38,711 nt of DNA from Octopus bimaculoides (taxonomy: Eukaryota). The translations under genes and the position numbers were made by a program. The DNA is taken from assembly GCF_001194135.2 (NCBI RefSeq), contig NC_068987.1, positions 70,884,781-70,923,491 of the forward strand. Direction: 5' to 3'. The notes under the pieces were generated by a model. That model saw only the letters and a list, made by a program, of their open reading frames with translations, was not told where the DNA came from and ran no database searches. Of this stretch, positions 1 through 10,655 are shown piece by piece. How positions within the stretch are numbered: position 1 is the first letter of the stretch; every line of letters begins with the position of its first letter.

Positions 1-59
<59 letters not shown>

Positions 60-92
60 CATTATTATTATTATTATTATTATTTATTATCA

Positions 93-170
<78 letters not shown>

Positions 171-185
171 GTTAGTATTTTTATT
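1..185. repeat. (ATT)n/(AAT)n microsatellite, truncated by the window edge
   Basis: Directly visible trinucleotide array with a few interruptions. Confidence 0.97.
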
Positions 186-420
186 ATTTTCATTCTTATT
201 AGGTAACAACAACAAAAAGTGCAAAATATCAGGAAGTTAATGAAAACACACAAACATGAATATCACAAGATTAAAAGTAGGCTATCTGTAGATTCCAGTC
301 TAGTTACAAAGAAAATCGGACATTCTCAAAAACTTCTTGATATAGGTATATTGAATCCCGGGCGATCGAGAGTGAAACATACTTAAAGAAAAAGAACAAT
401 CAGAAACACTGAGCATGTCA
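186..420 (-). mobile_element. Possible 3' end of an R4/Dong-like LINE whose tail is the (AAT)n array at 1-185
   Basis: Minus strand gives a frameshifted ...SIARDSI/YIKKFLRM, weakly like R4 C-termini, then a short UTR-like stretch running into (AAT)n. Very degenerate. Confidence 0.3.
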
Positions 421-986
421 AGAGTAAACAGTAAATAATTTTGCAGATACAGAAATAATCTAAAATTAAAAAAAGTGACTCAACTACAAAACGAATATTG
501 GCAAAAAGATCCTATTTCTACGCTAATTTTCTGCTTGGTGCTATCACCTACATACAACATGTCAGTCACGCATCCCTTTCATATAGGTGTCTTCATGGTG
601 TGTACTGAAGATGAGAGACGTATATAAAGAAAGCAGCACACTATGTATGCATTTCTTAACAATAGTGATGTGTAATTTGGTGTACAACAACTACAACACT
701 ATAACGTATTGAGTGAAAAGCTTATTGACAATGAAATTATTGTGCTATGTGAAGAAACGGATTTCAGTGCATTACATTAAACATTTACATTACAAATTGA
801 AATCAGTAAACAGACGAGAATAAGATGTTTGGACAGATTATCATAGATGTATTAGATCATTACTCAACAGGGAAATTAATAAAGCGTATTGGGTTACAGG
901 TACAAAGGTAATACGTGCCATCACAAAAAAAGTACAGTTATAATACTCTGAACACGACACGAAACAAAGTGACATTGTTTTGAAGT

Positions 987-1195
987 TTTGGCATAAGGCT
1001 GGCATTTTCAAGGGAAATGCAGGTCAATTAGATGTATCCCAGTTCTCAAGTGATCCTTATTTTATCGACTCCGGAAGGATGAGACATACGGTCGACCACA
1101 GCGGATTTTTTACTCAGAACGCAAAGACGGACAAAATTCCACTAAGTATTTTTCCAAGGGTGCTAGCCAATCTGGCAGCTTGCCACCTTGAATGA
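987..1195 (-). mobile_element. Octopus-type tRNA-derived SINE, degenerate near-complete copy
   Basis: Contains ttattttatcgactccggaaggatgagacatacggtcgac...actcagaacgcaaagacggacaaaattccactaag...ctggcagcttgccacctt, which I recognise as the reverse complement of an abundant octopus SINE (tRNA head plus conserved central domain). Confidence 0.8.
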
Positions 1196-1804
1196 CGAAG
1201 TAATATTACAGTCAAAATCACGGATAAATGATTTCATATAGAATACACCATACAGTCGATGTAGAGGAAGTTTCCCTTTAACAAAAATACACTTATATGG
1301 ATTTGTAACACCGAAGCTATTACAAAATGTGAAATTTAGATTCTAAAATATGCCAAGGAATAATAGAAAGCTAATATAAATAGCTGTGACGCACGAACAA
1401 ATAAAAATGTTTTTACTGTTTTCAAGGAGAATGACGAAAAGGCGAGGCTGTTTTCTGAACAACAGAAATGCTACGGAAATTATAAAAATCCTAAAATACA
1501 AATCACAAAAGAAAACACAAGTTTGTCCCTCGTAAGCTTTTAATCTAAATAATGCATGTGCAGTCGGGTTTTCATGGTTTAATAAAGAAATATATGATAC
1601 ATGGGCCACGTTAACAACCGAATGCAACTTCGCCTTTCATGTTAAATGGACGTTGAATATAGAATTACCTGCGTGGTTTTCGTTCAGAAACATTAAGTGA
1701 TGGCTGTTATCAAATATACTATCGTCGACGTCTTACAGCAGGAGATCGTACTGCTAATGTGCATGTTAGAAATGGAGAGAAAGGGAGAGGGGATAGGATG
1801 AGAA

Positions 1805-1950
1805 CAAACGCTAGTACTTGGCTGATAGCTTATTTTCTCGATCCCGAAGGATGAAAAGCAAAGTAGACTACGACATGTTTTGAATTGAGAGTGCAGATAA
1901 TCGGAAACAAATTAAGGCAATTCATTCTATCCGACCCAGCTAGAATTCAG
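1805..1950 (-). mobile_element. Same SINE family, older degenerate copy
   Basis: ttattttctcgatcccgaaggatgaaaagcaaagtagac...tttgaattgagag is homologous to 1060-1130 in this window. Confidence 0.7.
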
Positions 1951-2234
1951 ACAATTTGCCAGTTAACTTGTACACAAAAACAATTTAGGAATGAATTTCA
2001 CAGCGCTTAACCTGTGTTTATGCTGCTTAAGTTCTGATTTACAGAGACTACCAAAAATCTGGTACGAATTTTCAAATTCATGAGCTTGTTTTAAACGAAT
2101 AAATATTAAGAAATATCAAGAAATGTAGGAGTGTGGTCAGAGAAAGATATATGAAATATATTTATTTCAATACATAAGCACTCACATGTAAAGGTTTACA
2201 TAAATTTATAGACATAAAGAGCTACACAAACTCA

Positions 2235-2335
2235 CATATATGTATACATATGTACACACATTCGCAGACGCACACACTAGCACAAACACACATGCGTATA
2301 TATATACATACATATATATACGCATGCATATATAT

Positions 2336-2378
<43 letters not shown>

Positions 2379-2460
2379 NNNNNNNNNNTATACATATGTA
2401 CACACATTCGCAGACGCACACACTAGCACAAACACACATGCGTATATATATACATACATA
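2235..2460. repeat. (TA)/(CA)/(CATA) compound microsatellite with a 10-N gap (2379-2388); about 72 bp duplicated across the gap
   Basis: tatacatatgtacacacattcgcagacgcacacactagcacaaacacacatgcgtatatatatacatacata occurs both before and immediately after the gap. Confidence 0.9.
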
Positions 2461-2469
2461 CTTTCGAAA

Positions 2470-3510
2470 GTGAGGATGTATTTTCTCAAGGATTTTTTTA
2501 AAATCCGGATATCAACTGGTGTTATCAATTTATATATTGAGAGAAAATTCCTCAATATATAGTGATAATCTCTCCAATATTGTGTTAAGTAAATATAAAG
2601 AAAATGGAGAATAAATATAGTGGATACCTACTTAATTTTATTTGAATCACGATGAATACATATCAAATAGTGTAATACAAATAAAATTTAAAGTAATAGA
2701 CTCAACATAAGAAACAAACAAAAGAGACGCCTACACTTGTTTCAGTCCCACCACTAGGTAAACAGCTCGTTCGGATCATCACGATTCGAACCATGTTAGA
2801 TGTTATAGAGTTCAACAGTGTGTCGGGCCCTCATCAGGGTAAAATTGGTTACATATCGTTGGTAAATAACAAGTAAGATTGATGAGGACTGTATTTTCGA
2901 ATATTCAAATAATGGAAATAATAACTTATTAGGAAAGGTAGGACGTGGAGCTAGTGGTGGAGAGATATTATTGAATGAAATCTTACTATAATACTATGGT
3001 GTATTTGAAAATATACTGCTATATGAGTTAAGGGAATTAAGTTGTCATTTAATAGAATAATGGGAATAAACATAATTGATTTGGGATATAAGATATAAAA
3101 TTTATTTAATATTTATTAATAAATAAAAATTTGTTATAATATTTACAAGTTATAGTCAAGAGAGAAAAATAATCCTATATTGTATAGTAAAATAGTAATT
3201 TAGTACGTATTTCGTAGGAAAGTTAATGTAATTTTTTATCAATATTTAGCATTTCAATGGACTAATAGATACATTCCAGTATTCGGAGAAAAATTATAAG
3301 ATATATAAAAATTATAGTGTACTTACTTTCTATGAGGAATTTAAATAATTTTGGTAAAAATTAAGATATGATATAGTTTTATAAAACTCGCAAGGTATTT
3401 CTAAGATTTAATTGTAAATAATGATAATAAGTAATCATCCTTTGTTCATGTGGGTAAATTATTTCTAAGGATATTATTCTGAAAATTTGTTTACTAGAGA
3501 AGTATATTGA
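2470..3510 (-). mobile_element. AT-rich interspersed repeat carrying the hammerhead motif; candidate Penelope-like (pLTR-derived) relic
   Basis: Inferred from the embedded Penelope-style hammerhead. No RT or GIY-YIG protein motif recognised; boundaries approximate. Confidence 0.35.
2728..2841 (-). ncRNA. Penelope-type (type I) hammerhead ribozyme motif with enlarged loop II, probably decayed
   Basis: Minus strand: CTGATGA (2837-2831); stem II GGGCCCGACA/TGGTGGGACT (10 bp, 2 mismatches); GAAAC (2743-2739); near-palindromic stem III ACAAGTGT; GUA triad ending at 2732. Stem I has only 2 Watson-Crick pairs next to the core. Confidence 0.55.
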
Positions 3511-3514
3511 TAAC

Positions 3515-3615
3515 ATTTTTGGATGATATGGATATATATATAGTAGTAATGTAAATGATATATATATGGATATATATACATACGTACATCTATACCTATA
3601 TACATATGTGCATAT
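3515..3615. repeat. Degenerate (TA)/(CATA) microsatellite
   Basis: Directly visible. Confidence 0.8.
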
Positions 3616-3739
3616 GTGGGCACAGGACGTCGCGAAACGTTTACAACAAAAAATACGAAGTACGAGTAAATGGAATATGAACTATTTGTTCGAACAACGA
3701 AAGACACAAATGGATATCAACACAAACAACACAATAAAC

Positions 3740-3804
3740 TACCCTTCATCAGTTGTTGGCAGTTTTTCTCCTCTCGTATTTCGAGCATTTAACAACAAGA
3801 TACG
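3740..3804 (-). ncRNA. Hammerhead-ribozyme core with non-canonical strand order (candidate pseudoknotted or dimeric hammerhead)
   Basis: Minus strand reads CGTATC-TTGTTG-TTAAA-TGCTC-GAAATACG-AGAGGAGAAAAACTGC-CAACAA-CTGATGA-A-GGGTA. Stem III ATACG/CGTAT 5 bp, stem I TTGTTG/CAACAA 6 bp, stem II GGGTA/TGCTC 5 bp (two G.U pairs), AUC triad. Confidence 0.6.
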
Positions 3805-3879
3805 TTTTCAATAAAACAGTCGCTCCTACAAAACAATTTTTTTCAAATTTGGGATTTTGTGGAGGGTCAAAATTAGTAA

Positions 3880-4110
3880 CAAAAACAGGACAGGCGGGCT
3901 GCTAATCCTAAACGAGTTTGTGGTGCGAACGCGTAAATCCGGCTAGCACAGGAGACGCACAAGAACACGTCTTCCTTGATCCAGCTACAACGGAGAAAAA
4001 GAAAGAAACACAAGTGAGGAGGAGAGAGATGGCCGATGGTCACGTGGGAGCCACGTGAGCAAGAGAGGTAGAATGAGGGAGAGAGACACGTGGAATTTTC
4101 TATGTGCATA
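3880..4110. promoter_or_regulatory. CpG-rich, purine-rich segment with three CACGTG E-boxes; candidate promoter or enhancer
   Basis: CACGTG at 4041-4046, 4052-4057 and 4087-4092 in a locally GC/CpG-rich island within an AT-rich background. Confidence 0.35.
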
Positions 4111-5104
4111 TTTGAACAGATTAAAAATTTCAATAGACTGAAACATGTGTAGGCATCTTTTTTATCATTTCTTATGCTGATTCTGTTACTTTAAATTTTA
4201 TTTGTATTAAACTATTTGATACGTATTCATCGGGATATAAATAGAATTAAATGAGTATCTTATATTTACTTAATACTATATAAACATATATATATATATA
4301 TATATATATAGTTAATAAAGTATACCAGAATTTTTATTTATCCCGACAATTATTTCCACACATCTCGCATCGATCCTTCACGCGTGGGATACTTAACAAC
4401 TGGTTCAGGAGCATCAAGACGGTTCCGATGTGTCTCGTCGGGTGATAAATATATACAACTCGTAAAAATAACAGTTCTGCAATGCATCTTCTCGTTTCGT
4501 AGAAAGAAAAGCAGCAAAACAATGGAAATACGTCAATTTATATTGATCAAAAATGAAATCTCATATGCAAGTCTAACAAATATTTACTTGATGTTGTTTA
4601 TGTATTTCGGGAAATACTACCCTAAAAGAAGAATTCTTTCACATTGTCTCGAAGTACATAATTTCCCATATTAATATCAAGGAGAATTTTGTGCACCCGG
4701 ACGACTTGACTACAATGCTATTCAAATATTCTTTGAATCATACTAAATTATATATGTATTGGAGCTATATGTTTGGTGGCTTCGATCTAATTATTTTTGT
4801 ACTCTACCCACGTGTAATTATTTAATGACCACGTCAATGGAGAACAGCGAGCGACTACGACACTTTGCTTTCAGGGCATCTGAGGTACGTATGAAAAAGA
4901 GTGAAATTTGCTATGGGATCAAGACCTAGCTTGAAAGCTTGCAACATGGCTAAAGGTACTTAATCGCCAGAAGTTAATGTTACGCCGGGTGAAAAGTTAC
5001 GTTATACGATTAATAAACAGGTGCGAATACTCCAACTGGCTGCCATAACTAAGTTTTTCTGAATTTCCGTTGTCCACGCACATATATCAAACCTCAATTT
5101 ATGT

Positions 5105-5190
5105 CTGTAACTGGAAAGACCTATCCATTATTACGAATAGTGGAATTGAACCTGAAAACACATGCTTTTGAAATAAACGACTTAACCACG
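5105..5190 (-). mobile_element. 5' (tRNA-like head) fragment of an octopus SINE
   Basis: agtggaattgaacctgaaaacacatgcttttgaaataaacgacttaaccac is a degenerate reverse complement of the SINE head at 32741-32800. Confidence 0.5.
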
Positions 5191-5949
5191 CTCTGATTGC
5201 TTAATTAGGACTGCAGGAGAGTTGTTGTTTACAAGTGTAAAATTCTGAAAGCTATTTCGTTAGCGCGCGAATCAACCTTGTTCTTTCAAGGTTGTACTGA
5301 ATAATACTGTAATACATTTTTGTTGTTCGACGATACTGAAGAAATTTCCAAACTGTTAACCAAAGTGCAAGACCTGTCTCAATTATATATGACACTTCCT
5401 GTTTTTGCAAACTGTTCCTTTAAACAATAAGCTATTTGAGTTAACCTAAAATGGAAATATTGAGTTTCCGAGGAACATGAAAGCATCTATCCACAGGCTA
5501 ATCTATATATTAATTATATACTATACAACAACGTCTTTCAAATATATTTCTAATCAATGACATTGTCACAAGAGAGTACACACCACGCCAATGTCTTAAA
5601 AGTATATATTAGAAATATTTATCACGCATTAAAGAAGTACTTAGGAAAAAATACAAAACAAGAAATTCGTTTTTTTATGCAACACAATGTGCTTATTATT
5701 TTTTTTTCTATTCCTTTCATCCTGCTTCAAACAGCTCTACATCAGAGAGTATCTCTCCTATCTAATATGAAAGCAATATAAGATTTGAACAAAAACGGTT
5801 TAATACACAAGCACATTTATTAATTGTTCAGTTTCGCGCAATTTCTCGTGTTCCTTAGATGTACTTAATAAACTAAACCAACAATTTGACCATAACCAAT
5901 ACCTAAGGTAACTATACTCGATTAGATCTCAACGTTGACGCTTGGTGAT

Positions 5950-6091
5950 TTTAATCTAGTGCAATACCGTTGCTACTGCTGCGACTGTGAGAGTTAACAT
6001 TACTGCTTATGTCGCTGTTTCTAATTCTCCTACGGTAGGTATTGTTCTTAGTAACTTTGATGATGTTGGTGACGATGATACTTACACCGGA

Positions 6092-6127
<36 letters not shown>

Positions 6128-6200
6128 ATTATTATTATTTCATTTCGTTGGCGTTTGTGTTGGTGTTGCGTTTATCGTTAGAGGTTGTTTCTCTAATGGT
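5950..6200. repeat. (ATT)n core (about 6092-6140) within a degenerate GTT/GAT/ATT trinucleotide region
   Basis: Directly visible. Explains the poly-I/poly-L ORFs. Confidence 0.8.
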
Positions 6201-6374
6201 TCTTTTCTCATTGTAGTCGTGAGTTTCTCTTTGTTGTCAATGTTTATATGTTCAACTTTGATGGCAATATACGCCAAACTATTGATGCTTCCGTTATATA
6301 CCAAGCTTTGTAAACTACTTCATAGGTTTATTGCCTCTATTATATCCTATATTTCTCTCTCGTCTGATTAGATC

Positions 6375-7013
6375 ATACATACATATATAAATATATATAT
6401 ATATATANNNNNNNNNNNNNNNNNNNNNNNNNNNNNNNNNNNNNNNNNNNNNNNNNNNNNNNNNNNNNNNNNNNNNNNNNNNNNNNNNNNNNNNNNNNNN
6501 NNNNNNNNNNNNNNNNNNNNNNNNNNNNNNNNNNNNNNNNNNNNNNNNNNNNNNNNNNNNNNNNNNNNNNNNNNNNNNNNNNNNNNNNNNNNNNNNNNNN
6601 NNNNNNNNNNNNNNNNNNNNNNNNNNNNNNNNNNNNNNNNNNNNNNNNNNNNNNNNNNNNNNNNNNNNNNNNNNNNNNNNNNNNNNNNNNNNNNNNNNNN
6701 NNNNNNNNNNNNNNNNNNNNNNNNNNNNNNNNNNNNNNNNNNNNNNNNNNNNNNNNNNNNNNNNNNNNNNNNNNNNNNNNNNNNNNNNNNNNNNNNNNNN
6801 NNNNNNNNNNNNNNNNNNNNNNNNNNNNNNNNNNNNNNNNNNNNNNNNNNNNNNNNNNNNNNNNNNNNNNNNNNNNNNNNNNNNNNNNNNNNNNNNNNNN
6901 NNNNNNNNNNNNNNNNNNNNNNNNNNNNNNNNNNNNNNNNNNNNNNNNNNNNNNNNNNNNNNNNNNNNNNNNNNNNNNNNNNNNNNNNNNNNNNNNNNNN
7001 NNNNNNNNNNNNN

Positions 7014-7052
<39 letters not shown>

Positions 7053-7065
7053 CATACATACGTAC
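6375..7065. repeat. (TA)n microsatellite flanking assembly gap 6408-7013
   Basis: Directly visible. Confidence 0.95.
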
Positions 7066-7734
7066 ATAGAAAACCATTTACGTTAATATACACACACATT
7101 TACATATATATTTAAGTATATCTATAAGCTCTCTGTCACAACATATAAATGCTTCTACTGATAAATAGTGTTCCATAATAATTTGATTTCTTAAATGTGT
7201 TGGTCATAACAAATGCTTATAAATGATTCTATGATATATGAATTTACTGGACTATTTGTGTCATCAACTTGCTTTTGTATGCTATATTCAATAGTGGATA
7301 AATAGATGAATCACTACTGTGTGATATTTCAGTAGATATATATATTTTTTTTCTTTTGATTCGTTATTTACTTTGAAACACTATGAGTTTCCGATTTGCA
7401 GATATTACAGAAAGATGTGTAAAGGCGCAATCAATTGTTACTCTAAAATTATATTCATTTCTGTTACGTGGTACAGTTATATATTTGCTCGTTTTGCAAT
7501 AACAGTATCGAAATCCAACTAAATCAATACACATCCTTACTTGAGAACTTATAGTTACTGTTGATAACAACTTTCTTTGTAAAGCATCAATATATATAAA
7601 GTACCCTTAAAACAGAAATGAAACCCAAAAACATTTCGATCGTTTTTCTTTTTAAGATAGAAGGGAGGATATATTAACAGTGAAATAGCTCCTACTTAAA
7701 GGCAAGTGAACAAGTACTTATATCTTACTTGTGG

Positions 7735-7930
7735 GTTCAGTGTCCATCAAGGCTGCAATCTTCAAAGGCTTCGTTATAATCTAGGTACCCTAACGATTAC
7801 CATTCTCAAAAATAATTTCCATTTAAGACACTCGAATATTTTGTTCAAAATACGCTGGGTAAATGCGTAACGAAAGCCGGAAGAAATTGGCAAAAACATG
7901 TCCGGATCACTTAAGGCAGAAGCACCACTA
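7735..7930 (+). mobile_element. Possible RTE-like reverse transcriptase relic
   Basis: SVHQGCNLQRLRYNL resembles the GVRQGCILSPLLFNL motif, and KYAG*MRNESRKKL lies where RYADD...ESEEKL would be expected. Highly decayed. Confidence 0.3.
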
Positions 7931-8534
7931 GAGATGGATGGGATTAGTGTATCATATAAAATCGAGATCTTCAGTTATAGCATTGCACATAATAATATAC
8001 CAACCCATGCTGAATAAACTACACTATCATCAAATAAAGTACACACACATACAATTAAGTGTCTTTTTTTTTCTATCCGTTTAAATTTAAACATACTTCT
8101 CCATCATACAAGCTGGTATTTTCTTGCAAGATTTGTAGAGATATACAAATATAGAAAATATAAGCATTTATTTATATGCCTTATATGAACGGTCTCATGA
8201 CACGTTTTAACAATAACAGTCCAATTATAAACGTATAAAACATACTCATTTATCTAAAACTGCCGGAGATATCCTAGAATGATTTACTAGTTTCACTCAC
8301 TTAGTGTATGGAAAATATATATTACTTATATATTTTAAGGACATGTCCTTAAATGAGTCTATGAAAACATAAATTATATGAGCATTATTGTCGATGCCAT
8401 TTTTTAAGGAGGCGTGATATGATGAATTACCGTCTATTAAACTGCTGAAGTTATGGAAACTTAATGGGAATGAGAAGCTAAGCTCGATGGGATTTTAAAT
8501 TCATGTGCTATAATTTATTAAGTCTGGCGCGCTA

Positions 8535-8600
8535 TATCTCTTTTTCTCACTCTCTCTTTCTCTCGCTCTCTCTTTCTCTCGCTCTCTCTCCCTTTCTTTC
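8535..8600. repeat. Degenerate (CT)n microsatellite
   Basis: Directly visible. Confidence 0.85.
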
Positions 8601-10284
8601 GACCAATTCACTGTATATTGTGCATGCTTATTAATACACCACGTTAACAAGTATTATGTAAATTTAAAACAAGGTTCTGTAATTGGTTCATAACACACAA
8701 AAATGACAATTTTTTGTTGTCTAATATTGATAACTCTTATTCAATCAAACTGTGTATTAATAACATACAAAATAAGAATAGTGATTATTTGGTGACATAA
8801 GTAAAGGCCATGGGTTATCTAGTTCTGAACGCACATGTAAGTGCAACGAATTCAAGATATGCTGGGCTGGGAAGCTTTGAAGTTTCAATTCGATGTAAAT
8901 ATAAGTACTAACATGTAAATAATACTAATAATTTCAGTTGCAAACTAAAAGGAAAATGCAAAAGCAAATTTCTATAATCATCCCCCACCCCAGTCATGGA
9001 GCCTATAATTGCATCAAATTCCTACCGTCTGCTGTAATAGTTTCATTCCGGCTTCAAAGCTAAGAAATCTAGAAAAATATATGAAGTTGTCGCCCTCCAA
9101 GGCATTTTTTTTTTTTGAAAATCTGTTATTTTCATTTTGTGTAAAAGGTACCATTCATAAACATTTCGCTTAACATTGAATAGAGTTCACCGTCTTCAAA
9201 GCGTAAACATATATATAAACATCTCTTGTTCCTAATCACATTGTCATTGCCATCAATGTGATATTCATTAACGCTGTCACTAATGTTGCTAATACCAACA
9301 AAGTCTATATTAACCGAAAGACAAAGCAAGTGATTTTCTACATAGAAGCAATATTAGCTACGATATGGCAGTTTTATTTATATATTTATTTTTTACACAG
9401 TATGTCTTTCGACTCATACCACTGAGCAGACGATAAAAAACCAAAATTGTAAATTTAAAGTGTTTGCTCATAGTTTCTATTTTACATTACCTTTTCATTT
9501 TCAGAAAAATAGATGCGCAGGTAGCTTGTAATTGGGTAAATTATTGAAATGTGGGTTGCTGTTCTCAGTGAAAGCATAATAAATAGTCTTTCAGATCGTT
9601 TAACTAAAACAGAATATTATAAAAATATTATATTTCATATTCTGTAAAATCTCTATATACACAATAGAATTTTTACATTTATTTAGATCACGTCTCCATA
9701 ATCAACACGGTTTTATATTCATCATTATGATCTGTCGTTACAGTGCGTTTGAATTCTTTTTGATCTTCAAATATACTCACTTGTTTTGGATTAACCATTT
9801 TGTTGATAGTAACATATAATTTTGTGTGCATTGATACACGAGTCGGAAGCTACATTCCGTTCCATTCGAAGAAGGATAAAATGAAATTTTTTTTCAGCCC
9901 AATGTAATGCCATGCCTATATAATTCAAATCTGTAATTCTTTATATTGAACGTCTTTGTCTTTCAACTCATGAATCTTGTTTGATCTCGTTGGTTCAGGC
10001 GTACAACTCTGTCAGTTATACAGAAATACACTGCGAGAGCTTTTCGTACGATGATGATTAGATATCAGGACTTGGTTTCTTTTCTTTTCCATATATTTTC
10101 AGTAGTTCTATTGTTGTTAATCCTTTGCCCTTGGCGTTGATCTTCGAGTTTGTGTGATTGCACATTTATTTAGTGTGAATATTTAATGGTAATAAATATG
10201 AGTTTCGAAAGATATTTCTACGAATATTCAAATTTAATCTGGAGTTAAATTAAGACCCATTTAAATTCACCCGGGTAATAATGT

Positions 10285-10655
10285 TGCACACACACACAAA
10301 CACACAAGATACGTATATGTGTTTGTTTGTGTGTGTTTATATACGTGCGTGTGTGTATATGTGTGTTTNNNNNNNNNNNNNNNNNNNNNNNNNNNNNNNN
10401 NNNNNNNNNNNNNNNNNNNNNNNNNNNNNNNNNNNNNNNNNNNNNNNNNNNNNNNNNNNNNNNNNNNNNNNNNNNNNNNNNNNNNNNNNNNNNNNNNNNN
10501 NNNNNNNNNNNNNNNNNNNNNNNNNNNNNNNNNNNNNNNNNNNNNNNNNNNNNNNNNNNNNNNNNNNNNNNNNNNNNNNNNNNNNNNNNNNNNNNNNNNN
10601 NNNNNNNNNNNNNNNNNNNNNNNNNNNNNNNNNNNNNNNNNNNNNNNNNNNNNNN
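10285..10655. repeat. (CA)/(TG) microsatellite adjoining gap 10369-10655
   Basis: Directly visible. Confidence 0.9.

Noticed and set aside
9495-9526. Strong polypyrimidine acceptor followed by a 16-nt segment and GTAGCT (microexon-like, 9505-9520)
   Set aside because: Weak donor, frame-shifting length and no linked gene; such sites are common by chance in AT-rich DNA.
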